In this document: piece by piece, positions 9,138-18,464 of the stretch
Layout of the letters: the number at the start of each line of letters is the position of its first letter
Numbering within the stretch: the stretch's first letter is position 1
Virus record (IMG/VR): IMGVR_UViG_3300030002_000007
Span: 17,479 to 81,478 of that record
Strand: one strand, 5' to 3'
DNA: 64,000 nt
Origin: a virus
The notes under the pieces: generated by a model
Told to the model about the DNA's origin: nothing
What the model saw: only the letters and a program-made list of their open reading frames with translations
Databases searched by the model: none
Program-made: the position numbers and the translations under genes

Positions 9138-9733
9138 TTCGTTACCCCTTTGTGAAAGAATGTCCTGAGTATTTCGGCTTCGTACGCGGGACTGCTAGAG
9201 ACTGCCGTGTTTTTGAAATGCGGGAACTTTTTCTTGAAGTCCATGCAATGCAGCTCAGAGATGTGGGCTTTTCCTGCCTTCGCGTTAGCCTGAAGCTGAA
9301 GCTCCGCAGTCAAGCTGTACACGTAATAGAACTCAGCACCAACAGCTTCAAGTGCCTGAACCTCGATAGGAAAACGCATGTCGGTCACGATCTGAATGTC
9401 GATCCGATCCTGTGGCCTTACGGCTGCCGCTGCGAGTATCTCCCGGATAATAGGCTTCACCCAAATGGCGGGATCGAACTCCTTCGGCGTCTCCCCGATG
9501 AACTCCAAGAAATTTCGAGGGGTCTTTCCGTCGGGCAAGCCGGGATGGGGAATGTTCTTTAACTCAGGATCGCTGAAGAACTCGATCGGGATTCCGTAGA
9601 TCAAAGATGCGACCTCACGCATCTTGTCGGCAAAGGCCAACCGCTGAGCGTGATAATGCGTGAGGATGTAATTTGCGACTGTGTCCTTGCCTGAGCCCTT
9701 AGGGCCACAGAGGGCAATGATACGAACGGCCAT
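9134..9733 (-). CDS. deoxynucleoside monophosphate kinase
   Basis: IIALCGPKGSGKDT, AFAD, IVTDMRFPIE. Confidence 0.85.
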   Translation of the reverse strand: MAVRIIALCGPKGSGKDTVANYILTHYHAQRLAFADKMREVASLIYGIPIEFFSDPELKNIPHPGLPDGKTPRNFLEFIGETPKEFDPAIWVKPIIREILAAAAVRPQDRIDIQIVTDMRFPIEVQALEAVGAEFYYVYSLTAELQLQANAKAGKAHISELHCMDFKKKFPHFKNTAVSSSPAYEAEILRTFFHKGVTK

Positions 9734-9745
9734 GATGCCTCCTTC

Positions 9746-10714
9746 TTAACTGATCTTGAGTCGACGTTTCAAATCGTGGATGACTTCCACGGGGCAATTG
9801 CCCGGATCCCAATCCTCCTCCCCTTCCGGCGATTCTGGTATCTTGAATACTTTTGTGTTGAGCATCATGTTGACTGCACCCTTTATCATCTGCGTGGCCT
9901 TCTTGCCAGCCGCGTCTGCGTCAAACACCAGAACTACCGTTTCTACACCTGACAGTTCGAGCATCTTCGTCTTCGTCTCGCTCCACGACTGAGTACCCAA
10001 GATGGCAACGGCAGGGATACCGAACTTCAACAAGCGCAGGGCATCCCGAGGCCCTTCCACTAGCACCATAGTGGTCAAGCCCAACTTCTGCATAAGGGCT
10101 ATCGCGTAGTCCAAGGGGAACAGGCCGTACTTGTGTCCCCACTTGCCAGCAGAGTTCAAATACGAGGGTTTGTCTTTCACCTTCTTCATGCGGGCCCGAA
10201 TGTAACCCCGGAGCCTCTTGCGAACGACGACGGGCAAGTAGATGAAGTGCTCTGTAGTGTAGTCCGACTCGGAGTAATACACGTTGCACATCTTGCCGCC
10301 CAAATCGATAAGCAGACTGGTCGGAATGTTACGCCACACCTTCTTGGGAGGGATGTCTCCGATAATCTGAAGCTCCCCTTTGCCGTCATCCTCTTCACTG
10401 TCCTCGCTCAGGGGTTTGAGGTTTAGGTCACGAGTGTATTCGTCCTGCGGCTTTGGGGCTTTGAACGGCTGCAGGCCAAGGAGGGGAGCGACTTCATCCC
10501 ACTTGGCGTGCTTCCCGCAACCGTAACAACGAAAGTAGCCCGGGGACTTAGATGCGTCGCTGTGCCATATTCGAGCAGAGGGGTCTGTATCAGCGTGATA
10601 GGGACATACAACTAGCACGCTGTCACTGAGCTGCTTCTTTGGACCTGAGTACGCGTTCAACTGACTCCGCACGAACGAGAGTTTAGTCCCGAGCGAAGTA
10701 GCATCTATGGCCAT
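9746..10714 (-). CDS. DNA primase (CHC2 Zn finger + TOPRIM)
   Basis: CPYHADTDPS...FRCYGC; LVEGPRDA; VFDADAAG; DPG. Confidence 0.9.
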   Translation of the reverse strand: MAIDATSLGTKLSFVRSQLNAYSGPKKQLSDSVLVVCPYHADTDPSARIWHSDASKSPGYFRCYGCGKHAKWDEVAPLLGLQPFKAPKPQDEYTRDLNLKPLSEDSEEDDGKGELQIIGDIPPKKVWRNIPTSLLIDLGGKMCNVYYSESDYTTEHFIYLPVVVRKRLRGYIRARMKKVKDKPSYLNSAGKWGHKYGLFPLDYAIALMQKLGLTTMVLVEGPRDALRLLKFGIPAVAILGTQSWSETKTKMLELSGVETVVLVFDADAAGKKATQMIKGAVNMMLNTKVFKIPESPEGEEDWDPGNCPVEVIHDLKRRLKIS

Positions 10715-10716
10715 GG

Positions 10717-11211
10717 CTAGGTACCGGAAACAGACCCTGCTGCTTTGGTGGAGCCGTCAGTAGTAAGAACAAACGTACCGTGATCTTCGGCAGCATCGAC
10801 AGACAGAACGGAGTTAGCAGACAACGCCATCTTTATTGTGGCATCGAAGTCACCAGCGTCATGATCGCCGCAATGACAACCTTCGCAACCCGCGCACCCA
10901 TCAGCTGCTTCGGCTTCACCACACAGATACTGTAGCGCGGCCATAACGCTCTGGATGTCACGACCACGAACCGGCAAGCGAATAGTCTGACCAGCAGCGA
11001 AGTTATCCATGGCCCGACGCTTGCCTTCCTTCTTGTTGTAGCTGTCCCGGATGTTGCACAGGGCCGTCGCCACCAGCACTGTGGAGTCAGGCTTGTTATA
11101 GCGATTGAATTCATACAGGTAGGCGACAGTCAAGCCGCCTTTGGTGTCGACATTGCCGTCTGCCTTGATTCGGCGAATGTGTTGGATACGAATCTTGTTT
11201 TGCGCGCTCAT
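10717..11211 (-). CDS. hypothetical phage protein
   Basis: KGGLTVAY...C..RDSYNKKEG; coupled. Confidence 0.65.
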   Translation of the reverse strand: MSAQNKIRIQHIRRIKADGNVDTKGGLTVAYLYEFNRYNKPDSTVLVATALCNIRDSYNKKEGKRRAMDNFAAGQTIRLPVRGRDIQSVMAALQYLCGEAEAADGCAGCEGCHCGDHDAGDFDATIKMALSANSVLSVDAAEDHGTFVLTTDGSTKAAGSVSGT

Positions 11212-11636
11212 GCGGGTACTCCTTCTTCGATGGTTACTGGGGTTGTATAAACGACTAAATCGGGTTCTGTGCCGTTCTTGAAAAAGCATTTCGCTAGGGC
11301 TGCGTGCTTCGTGTCAAAGTCGTCTGACGAAAGCCTTCCAGCCTGTTGCAGTTTGGTACATGAGTCAAATGCCATCTCGTTGGCCTTAACGAAACCAAGG
11401 TCGACGAAATACCGCTGCCCGTCCTTCATCCGTATGTGCTTGAGTCTTCGATCCTGATGCCAATTAACATGACTCATGACTCCGGTGCATTGGTAGCCAT
11501 TTTTCTTCTTGCAACAAGGAATGCTGAAGGGTGATACACCATCCCTTGAGTTCCACACTACCTCAATCATCTTGCAGGTCTCACACTGATACTGCATCAG
11601 ACAAAACGCTTCTTTGTGCTTATAGGTTACCACCAC
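11208..11636 (-). CDS. hypothetical protein with Cys pairs (possible Zn ribbon)
   Basis: YQCETC...WNSRDGVSPF.IPC. Confidence 0.65.
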   Translation of the reverse strand: MVVTYKHKEAFCLMQYQCETCKMIEVVWNSRDGVSPFSIPCCKKKNGYQCTGVMSHVNWHQDRRLKHIRMKDGQRYFVDLGFVKANEMAFDSCTKLQQAGRLSSDDFDTKHAALAKCFFKNGTEPDLVVYTTPVTIEEGVPA

Positions 11637-12283
11637 GCTGTCACCTCCCTGAAAATTTTCAACTCGAGTGCATTGAATGCAAACAGTGTATTGTTATTTT
11701 TACAGTATTGGTACATGTTCGCACAAGCAATCTGCACGGGGATGAACACCGCACGATCTTGCACCACGGGGAAGCGATAGAAGTACAGCTGCAGAGGGAA
11801 AGCGGCACGCAGCTTGTGGATTAAGTCAGCGTCGGTACTCCACACCAGATGGAGGCTATCCAACTGTGGATCAACTACACCCCACACATAGATGGGATCA
11901 CCGTGAGAGATCAAGGAAAAGCTGCCGTGCTTAGAAGTAGAGGCCACCAGCAGAGCATGGGGTACTCCCTCGCGTCTACGAATACGTTCCAGCTTAGACA
12001 ACCATGACTCGCCCACGTACTCTGAGTCCAACGTGGCCAGCCTGTTAGGGTAGTGAGCTTCAAGAGACTTGATCGAGTCGTCTGCTGAGCTGCTGAGGTA
12101 CAGATCTAGGTGCTTGTCTCTGGAAGGAATCGAGACCTCTTGATGGTTGAGACCTTCCACATCAAGTTCATAGCCGCCGATGTATCGACCGATGTAGTGG
12201 TCACCACGAACAAGGTTAGGACAAACAGGGGCTAACGAAAATGACGGAGCTTGTTGGGCACACAAGACTAATGAGCCATACAT
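11627..12283 (-). CDS. hypothetical protein, possibly degenerate class-II glutamine amidotransferase (Ntn) fold
   Basis: MYGSLV start, LDSE, GDPIY; no N-terminal Cys. Confidence 0.45.
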   Translation of the reverse strand: MYGSLVLCAQQAPSFSLAPVCPNLVRGDHYIGRYIGGYELDVEGLNHQEVSIPSRDKHLDLYLSSSADDSIKSLEAHYPNRLATLDSEYVGESWLSKLERIRRREGVPHALLVASTSKHGSFSLISHGDPIYVWGVVDPQLDSLHLVWSTDADLIHKLRAAFPLQLYFYRFPVVQDRAVFIPVQIACANMYQYCKNNNTLFAFNALELKIFREVTAWW

Positions 12284-12292
12284 GGGATACCC

Positions 12293-12664
12293 TCAATGTA
12301 GGTTTGGTTTTGGAATTGGAGAGAAGGCAGTTGACGAATCAGTAGCAAGCTTGCCACCATAGTGAGAGAGCATGTGACGAGGGTTTGAGATGTCGCCCGC
12401 AGTCAAGTGCTCTAGTAGATCAAGTGCGAACGAGGGAACCTGAGCGTCCGTCAGGTACGCGTCAGTGCTGTACAGCTCAGTGCTAAATACGGGGAAGGGA
12501 AACTCGACGAGCTCTCCATGCACGGCAACGACCAACTTCGCATACGTTATATGGTAGAAGTTTTGGCGCCAGCTGTGCATGAATAGCATATACGAATCGT
12601 CTCGGCCATCGATGATCCATGTCAAGAGCGACACGGCCTCTAGCGAGAAGTAAGGAGGGCTCAC
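12293..12664 (-). CDS. hypothetical protein
   Basis: Coupled to the polymerase stop. Confidence 0.6.
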   Translation of the reverse strand: MSPPYFSLEAVSLLTWIIDGRDDSYMLFMHSWRQNFYHITYAKLVVAVHGELVEFPFPVFSTELYSTDAYLTDAQVPSFALDLLEHLTAGDISNPRHMLSHYGGKLATDSSTAFSPIPKPNLH

Positions 12665-15600
12665 GCCGCCTCCATCTCAGGTTCAGGTTTACGGACATAC
12701 ACCGGTTTCACAGCGGTGAGGATCTGTTCGTCTAGGTCTGTGACATTCAACAACGGGAAATGCTCTTGCAGGTATGCCCGGACTTGCGCGCTACGCCACG
12801 GCTTGAAGATGCGCTTCATCACCTCAGCTTTCGGCATGTCCAGCTTCTTCATGTCTTCCATATCGGTGAGAGCCTTTTCGATATTGACGACTAGGTTGGG
12901 TATGGACCAATCCCACTTGTAGCTCTTGTCATCACGCGAGGACACTTCGATTTCGATTTCAGGTTCGATAGTGAAATGCACACCGAACTCATCTGCGTAG
13001 GCCTTAGTGATTCCATAGGTCGCCTCCCACTGCAAGATATGAATGAACGGGATCACCATCTCGTAAGGCACACAGAAGTACGAAGCGTCATGCACAATAC
13101 GATTGAAGAAGATGCGGAACCTCGACGGCTTCCAGTCATCAAGCTTCATCATCTTTCGGAGAGTGGCACATTGATCGTAGTACGTCTCCATGATCCGACG
13201 AGATGCCTTCGTGCCGATCTCCGACGCGAAGCCTTGGATAGGTGCATTTGCACCACGTCGGGTCTGCTTGGCAGTAATGCCTTGATCGCCCATCAACCCA
13301 GCTAGCATCAAACGCCGACGGCCAATCGGGGAGTAGACATAGAACTCTTCCTCCGCCATCTTCACCATCTTGTCGATCCAAGCCTTGCCCTTACTGAATT
13401 CGGCAAACAGCTTGTCCATGATGTCTTGAGCGTACGGGCTACGATCTTCTTCAAGCAAGGCTAGGAGTTGCTCTTCGACCACATCTATCTCTCCCTGCAC
13501 TTTCCGATCACCATCGCGTAGCCGCTTGTACATCCCATTAAGCTTTGCTCGTAGCTCTTTGATCTCTGCCTCTTTCGTGTCATGCCCCAACGTCCGAGCA
13601 CCCTTCAAGTAGATGACTCCGAAAATAACCTTCTTCACAGCGTCACGCAATGGGCTGCTCTTGTCCACGATCTTGTTGAAGAATCGCTTGACGTTCAGAA
13701 GGTGGAAGTCTCCATCTCGTTTGATCTCTGCTGCCATCTCGGGCGTCGGAGATTTGATCCAACGCTGCCGCAGCTTCTGACCAATCGCAAACACCGCAGC
13801 TAGAAGCTTGTCACCCGACACGATCGACCACACTCGAACTTCGTGGGCTGAATAATCGAACCGAATGAGCAAGTGACCGATAGGTGCTCGGAACATCGCC
13901 TTGATGATCTTCGACAGTTTACCTCGCGCCGGAATGTTTTGCAGGTTCGGATTCTTCGAGGCTAGGCGTCCCGTGTCCACATCGAAGAACGAATAGTCCG
14001 GGCGCAAATACGAATCAAGGGAGGAGTCAAGGTCTGATCTGATTCTTCGATACCAACCCTTGACGTAGGTGCTCAACAGCTTGGCGGCTTCTTGGTAGTC
14101 GCCGAACATTGAAACGATCAGGCTCTTGTCTTTGTAGTATGCGATGTAGTTCTTATCGATTGCATCGGCACCGGCCTTCGTCTTGGAGATTGCTGGCAGA
14201 TTCAATATGTCGAAGAAGAGCTTACGCTTATGCTCCGTCTTGCCGAGGGACAGTATCCAACGTGCTGCCGCACCTGCCTTAGCAAACAAGCCCTTCGACT
14301 TGAAGCCCGATTCTCCGAGCAACTCAGTATTAGCTTTCTGCACGTCAGGATGCAAATACAGCTCGTCGAGCAAGCGCTTGATTTCAATATCTAGCACTGA
14401 CCCTTCAGCCATCAACGACCGGAGGTATGTACGACTCACCAAGGAGCCATCTTGCTTCAAGTGCGAGAGCTGGTGGGCTGTGTCCGACATCTGGTAGCGC
14501 ATGTGGTTGTCGAAGTACGGCAACCAATCTTTGCCAGCGATCTTGATCCTTGACGCCCGCTCCCTCTGCATCTTCCGCATGTGCAATAAGCACACCGCAT
14601 CCATCGATGCATACTCAAGGAAGTCTGGATTGTTCGGCTCGACGTTCCCGCATGTGGCGCGTTCGCCCTTGGAGAACTTGGCTGTGTAGTAGTGATCGTT
14701 GCCGTAGCGACACAGGGCGGCAGCTAGGCCACCTGCTCGGAAGCCATAGGAAGGCAGGCTCGATATGTTCTCATCTAGCAAGTGCTCACCGGCAGTTATC
14801 TCCCACACCGGTGCTTTGATGATAAGCATGTTCAAGCACGTGCGAAGGACTCGCAGGTCGAACATGCCATTGTAGGTGAGGAAGATGTTGGTCTTCAGGC
14901 GTAGACGCGCTCGCAAGGTCGCCTTGATCTCTTTCCGTTCTTCCTGAGTGAATGGAGACTTGGGGTGGTCGACTGGAATGACAAAGCCCAGCTCGGGATT
15001 AGAGTCGAAGCACAGCTGCACGGTGTAGATCTTGTTGTGATAGACCGACAGATTCTTCGTCTCCGTGTCCAAGCCGATGTACTCAGACTTGTCGAACAGC
15101 TTGGTCATCTTCCTGAACAACTCGATCGTACCGACGTACTTGGGCTTGTTGATCAACTCCTTCAAAGAGCAGGGGTCTTTGCCGAGCAGCAAGTGTGAGA
15201 GATCCCGGCAGAAGAAGCCGAGCAGGTTGGCTAGGGCACCATTCTTCTCAGTGAGCCGTGCAAGATCGAGCGTAGAGGTGACCTTGCGCTTGTCGATAGT
15301 ATGAACCCAGCCATTCTTCTCGACGGGGTGGGTAACAGGATAGATCAGGGATAGATTCCCTGAGAACAAAATGTGCGTGGGGTTGAGCTTCTCGATCAGA
15401 TCGAGGGTACGCTCTTTGAAGGAACGCTCAACGTCGAGTCGAGCGGAGTCTCGCATGTGGAAGCTTTTGGCGTCGTTAAAGTTTATAACGGCGTAGGAGA
15501 ACTCAGGGATGTCGCCCCAAGTGCGGGCGAACTTGCGCGCGTACTTGATGCAGTTGGAGAGAGTGGGGGTGCTGGCTAATCTCCCACTCTTCAGATCTGC

Positions 15601-15717
15601 AGTGTCGACGGTCTGCAGGATGACCAGTAAGCGATGCTTGGACTGTTCCCATGACTGGTCACGGCCAAGGGTCAGGTTGTAATCTACGGTGTCAGCTTTG
15701 AATCCACGATCAAACAT
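12661..15717 (-). CDS. family A DNA polymerase with 3'-5' exonuclease and N-terminal UDG-like domain
   Basis: ExoI GLDTET, YNGMFD, YASMDA; TGRLASKNPNLQNIP, motif A DYSAHEVR, motif B RDAVKKVIFGVIY, NAPIQG, motif C VHDA. Confidence 0.95.
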   Translation of the reverse strand: MFDRGFKADTVDYNLTLGRDQSWEQSKHRLLVILQTVDTADLKSGRLASTPTLSNCIKYARKFARTWGDIPEFSYAVINFNDAKSFHMRDSARLDVERSFKERTLDLIEKLNPTHILFSGNLSLIYPVTHPVEKNGWVHTIDKRKVTSTLDLARLTEKNGALANLLGFFCRDLSHLLLGKDPCSLKELINKPKYVGTIELFRKMTKLFDKSEYIGLDTETKNLSVYHNKIYTVQLCFDSNPELGFVIPVDHPKSPFTQEERKEIKATLRARLRLKTNIFLTYNGMFDLRVLRTCLNMLIIKAPVWEITAGEHLLDENISSLPSYGFRAGGLAAALCRYGNDHYYTAKFSKGERATCGNVEPNNPDFLEYASMDAVCLLHMRKMQRERASRIKIAGKDWLPYFDNHMRYQMSDTAHQLSHLKQDGSLVSRTYLRSLMAEGSVLDIEIKRLLDELYLHPDVQKANTELLGESGFKSKGLFAKAGAAARWILSLGKTEHKRKLFFDILNLPAISKTKAGADAIDKNYIAYYKDKSLIVSMFGDYQEAAKLLSTYVKGWYRRIRSDLDSSLDSYLRPDYSFFDVDTGRLASKNPNLQNIPARGKLSKIIKAMFRAPIGHLLIRFDYSAHEVRVWSIVSGDKLLAAVFAIGQKLRQRWIKSPTPEMAAEIKRDGDFHLLNVKRFFNKIVDKSSPLRDAVKKVIFGVIYLKGARTLGHDTKEAEIKELRAKLNGMYKRLRDGDRKVQGEIDVVEEQLLALLEEDRSPYAQDIMDKLFAEFSKGKAWIDKMVKMAEEEFYVYSPIGRRRLMLAGLMGDQGITAKQTRRGANAPIQGFASEIGTKASRRIMETYYDQCATLRKMMKLDDWKPSRFRIFFNRIVHDASYFCVPYEMVIPFIHILQWEATYGITKAYADEFGVHFTIEPEIEIEVSSRDDKSYKWDWSIPNLVVNIEKALTDMEDMKKLDMPKAEVMKRIFKPWRSAQVRAYLQEHFPLLNVTDLDEQILTAVKPVYVRKPEPEMEAA

Positions 15718-15760
15718 TTAGGGAACCTCGATGGGTTGTGTTCCCTAGTATTTACATTTT

Positions 15761-16021
15761 TCAATCCTGCGTCTTCTTCAGAGCATCCAGGATGGTGTTG
15801 CGGATCTCTTGCACCTCCGTACTGTGGGGAGTGTTAAGTCCAACGCGCCTACAGAAGTCGTCGATGTTAAGTTCGTCAGGGGTGTAGACACACACGCCTG
15901 TCGCCCGGTGCTTCCACAAGCACACGCCCCGGCTGAGAGGGCAAGAAGTCACAGCCAATTGTTTGTTGATGATTCCACAGTACGCACCCACTTTGTCACT
16001 CCGTCGTTGTTGATGTTGCAA
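15761..16021 (-). CDS. hypothetical protein
   Basis: Cys-containing ORF in the operon. Confidence 0.55.
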   Translation of the reverse strand: MQHQQRRSDKVGAYCGIINKQLAVTSCPLSRGVCLWKHRATGVCVYTPDELNIDDFCRRVGLNTPHSTEVQEIRNTILDALKKTQD

Positions 16022-16247
16022 CTGATACCGAATCTGTTGGCTCCACAGTTTCTAGAGCCTTCTGTGCCAGCGCCTGATCGGTAAAGTCTTGCAGCTTGGC
16101 GATAACAAACACGCCCAACTGAAAGCCCAACCACAACGTCTCCGTCTTAGTGCTGACGTAACCGTTGGGTCCTCGTGATACACTGTACTTCAAGCCATGT
16201 GCTTGCACTTCAAACAGTCGGCGCAGCTGCGCCTCACTCATAGCCAT
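15996..16247 (-). CDS. hypothetical protein
   Basis: ORF in the operon. Confidence 0.6.
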   Translation of the reverse strand: MAMSEAQLRRLFEVQAHGLKYSVSRGPNGYVSTKTETLWLGFQLGVFVIAKLQDFTDQALAQKALETVEPTDSVSVATSTTTE

Positions 16248-16251
16248 ATTT

Positions 16252-16752
16252 TCAGTTCCTCATTTGATTGTAAGTCACCAGCGCTTTGGTCAGATATTGC
16301 TTGGCCAGAGCGATGTGGTGATCGTTCTGCATGTTCTCCGGACACGCTTCAAGATTGGCGACACCCAACTGCGCGGAGTCTTTCATCACAGTAAGCAGCT
16401 GACTGTTCTTGCTGATCGCTGCTACGATCCCTTCTGTCTGTTGGAGAACTTTGCGTAGGGACGCATCCAGTACCTGAACTTTATTGTCCAGCTTGTGCAA
16501 TGTATCCTTTACAGCAAGTACATCGACGGCAAAATCCTGCATTGTTGAGGAAGGAGCAGTAAGGGTTTCCACTTGTCGCTCGAGCAACGCGATCCGCTCA
16601 ATGGCAGAGAGGCGTCCGCGCTCTTCTGCCTCTGCGAACAGTGCGTTAAAGTCCTCGCCACTCAAGACTACATCTGCCACCGCAGGAGGAGTCTTCGCAG
16701 GTTCTTCACTTGGTATGGATGTATCACCGGTGTTGTCAATGTTAGAGGTCAT
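16252..16752 (-). CDS. coiled-coil hypothetical protein
   Basis: Heptad pattern, RBS. Confidence 0.65.
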   Translation of the reverse strand: MTSNIDNTGDTSIPSEEPAKTPPAVADVVLSGEDFNALFAEAEERGRLSAIERIALLERQVETLTAPSSTMQDFAVDVLAVKDTLHKLDNKVQVLDASLRKVLQQTEGIVAAISKNSQLLTVMKDSAQLGVANLEACPENMQNDHHIALAKQYLTKALVTYNQMRN

Positions 16753-16777
16753 GATGATTCCTTACTTCTTATTGATG

Positions 16778-17794
16778 TTACCTGAGGGAGGATAAAATAC
16801 GCTTACGCGTAGCTTGGACAGAAGCCTTCAACTTGTCGGGGACATCCAAACCAGAGACCCACGAATTGAAAAACTCCTTGGTGGAAATTCTGTGATCGAT
16901 ACCGTCTGATGGTAAGTCCTCAGTAAGGACGGAGGCTAGCTGAGCTTTAGACTGGAAGTTGCGAACGACACAAACATTCAGATGCTTGTAGTCATCTGCA
17001 GTGACCTGTGCCCCGTCTTGCAGAACCAGCTTGACCAGATCGGTGCTCTTCAGATCGTGCGGGATGTCAGAAGCAGTTTGCACCGTGATCGTATGCAGCC
17101 GGTACTTCGGCTTGAACGGAACACTGGTGATCTCGAAATCCTGAGGGCCATTGAATTCGATGGAATGGAAAAACTTCTTGGGCTTCTCACCGAAGCACGT
17201 CTGGTACAGAGTACCTGAGTAGTAAGTGTTCCGTACAACTTGGTTCGTATGGATGTGACCCGCGACGGCAACACAGTCACTCTGGTCTCGCTCTTCATTC
17301 AATATCTGCCGACCGTTGTCTGTAGTGGCACCGTAGACGTCGAGGTGACAGACGTTCAAAGCTTTCGGATGGAACTTGTCCCGAGGGAACGGAAGGAAGC
17401 GCACAAGAGCGCCGTCGATCTTAACGTCAGCTCCAGCGAGGTAGATGTGAATGTTCGATCGCTTGGCAACTTCAAACTCACTCACGACTTCCAGCGAGTG
17501 TCCGACCTCGGGCGTACGCCCGATCGTGTCGTGATTACCGGGGATGATGAAAAATTCAAACTCTTTGTTGCTCAACACCTTTGAAAGCTCGAGCATGCCT
17601 GAGTAAGACATGCGTGGGTTCTCACAGATGTCACCGTAGAAGATAATGTTGCGTACGTTCTGTTGCTCAGCGTATCTGAGAACTCTCTGAACTTCACCAC
17701 ACACCATAGCGTCGTGGTTATCAATGTACTTGGAGAGGCCACCCAATCCTAGGTGGTCGGTCAAATGAAGGTCGCCAATTCCGAGTGCGCGCAT
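16778..17794 (-). CDS. Mre11/SbcD-like metallophosphoesterase nuclease
   Basis: GDLH, GD, PGNHD, AGHIH, YSGTLYQ.FGE. Confidence 0.9.
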   Translation of the reverse strand: MRALGIGDLHLTDHLGLGGLSKYIDNHDAMVCGEVQRVLRYAEQQNVRNIIFYGDICENPRMSYSGMLELSKVLSNKEFEFFIIPGNHDTIGRTPEVGHSLEVVSEFEVAKRSNIHIYLAGADVKIDGALVRFLPFPRDKFHPKALNVCHLDVYGATTDNGRQILNEERDQSDCVAVAGHIHTNQVVRNTYYSGTLYQTCFGEKPKKFFHSIEFNGPQDFEITSVPFKPKYRLHTITVQTASDIPHDLKSTDLVKLVLQDGAQVTADDYKHLNVCVVRNFQSKAQLASVLTEDLPSDGIDHRISTKEFFNSWVSGLDVPDKLKASVQATRKRILSSLR

Positions 17795-18042
17795 ATACTG
17801 AACTCCTAAATCTTTCTTTGTATGAAATTAGAACTGCTCCCTCAGAATTTACAGTATGAAAGGTTGCGAGAATTCAGTGAGTCTCTGTAATGATGAAGTC
17901 CTCTCTTCTATAAAACAAGCCAGACTGAAAGTGGGTCCGCGCTTGTCCTGACTTGCAGTTGATCCATCGTGTCCGTAGGACATGGACGGATCCGTTCCTC
18001 AAACGTAAGGTAGGCTCCATGACTCAACTGTTCTTGAACCTA

Positions 18043-18291
18043 GGAAGGGTTTGAGGCTTTAGCCTTCGCTCACCCACACGCTACCTCGAAGGGCGGAGCC
18101 CGAAGAGGGTGGGGGAATATCCGGTGCATTGCTGACTAGAAGGATCCGAACCTAAGAGAGATCCGATCCCTACCGCATCCTCAACCTTTACTGAGAAGCA
18201 AGAGCGATCCCTTCCTTACTGAACCGACAATTCCCCCCGAGGGCTCCGCCCTCTGTCGGGGTGATCAAAGGCTAAAGCCTCAAACCCTTCC
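18043..18291. repeat. long nested imperfect inverted repeat (candidate origin or structured RNA)
   Basis: 24-bp perfect outer arms GGAAGGGTTTGAGGCTTTAGCCTT; inner paired blocks TCACCC, AGGGCGGAGCCC, GGGGGAAT. Confidence 0.9.
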
Positions 18292-18349
18292 ATTATTCTT
18301 TTGCGATAGCACTGTGAATGTCCTAGGATTCAAATACTGTAAATTAGGG

Positions 18350-18402
18350 GAAATGAATTGTTATCCATCCACGTTCTATAATAAGCAATGACAATTCATT
18401 TC
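18350..18402. promoter_or_regulatory. 12-bp inverted repeat enclosing a TATAAT box
   Basis: GAAATGAATTGT / ACAATTCATTTC with TATAAT at 18377-18382. Confidence 0.55.
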
Positions 18403-18464
18403 ATTCATTGATCTCAGTACGATTTTGGGGCACAGAACAACACATTTCACAGAGGCGAATAAGC

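Noticed and set aside
12661-15717. Intein or intron in the polymerase
   Set aside because: The ORF is continuous, and the insertion lacks Cys/Ser start, His-Asn end and LAGLIDADG motifs.
1209-17584. Long plus-strand ORFs in the left arm (e.g. 1209-2000, 3293-3946, 5176-5964)
   Set aside because: Antisense shadows of well-supported minus-strand genes, with no motifs or RBS.
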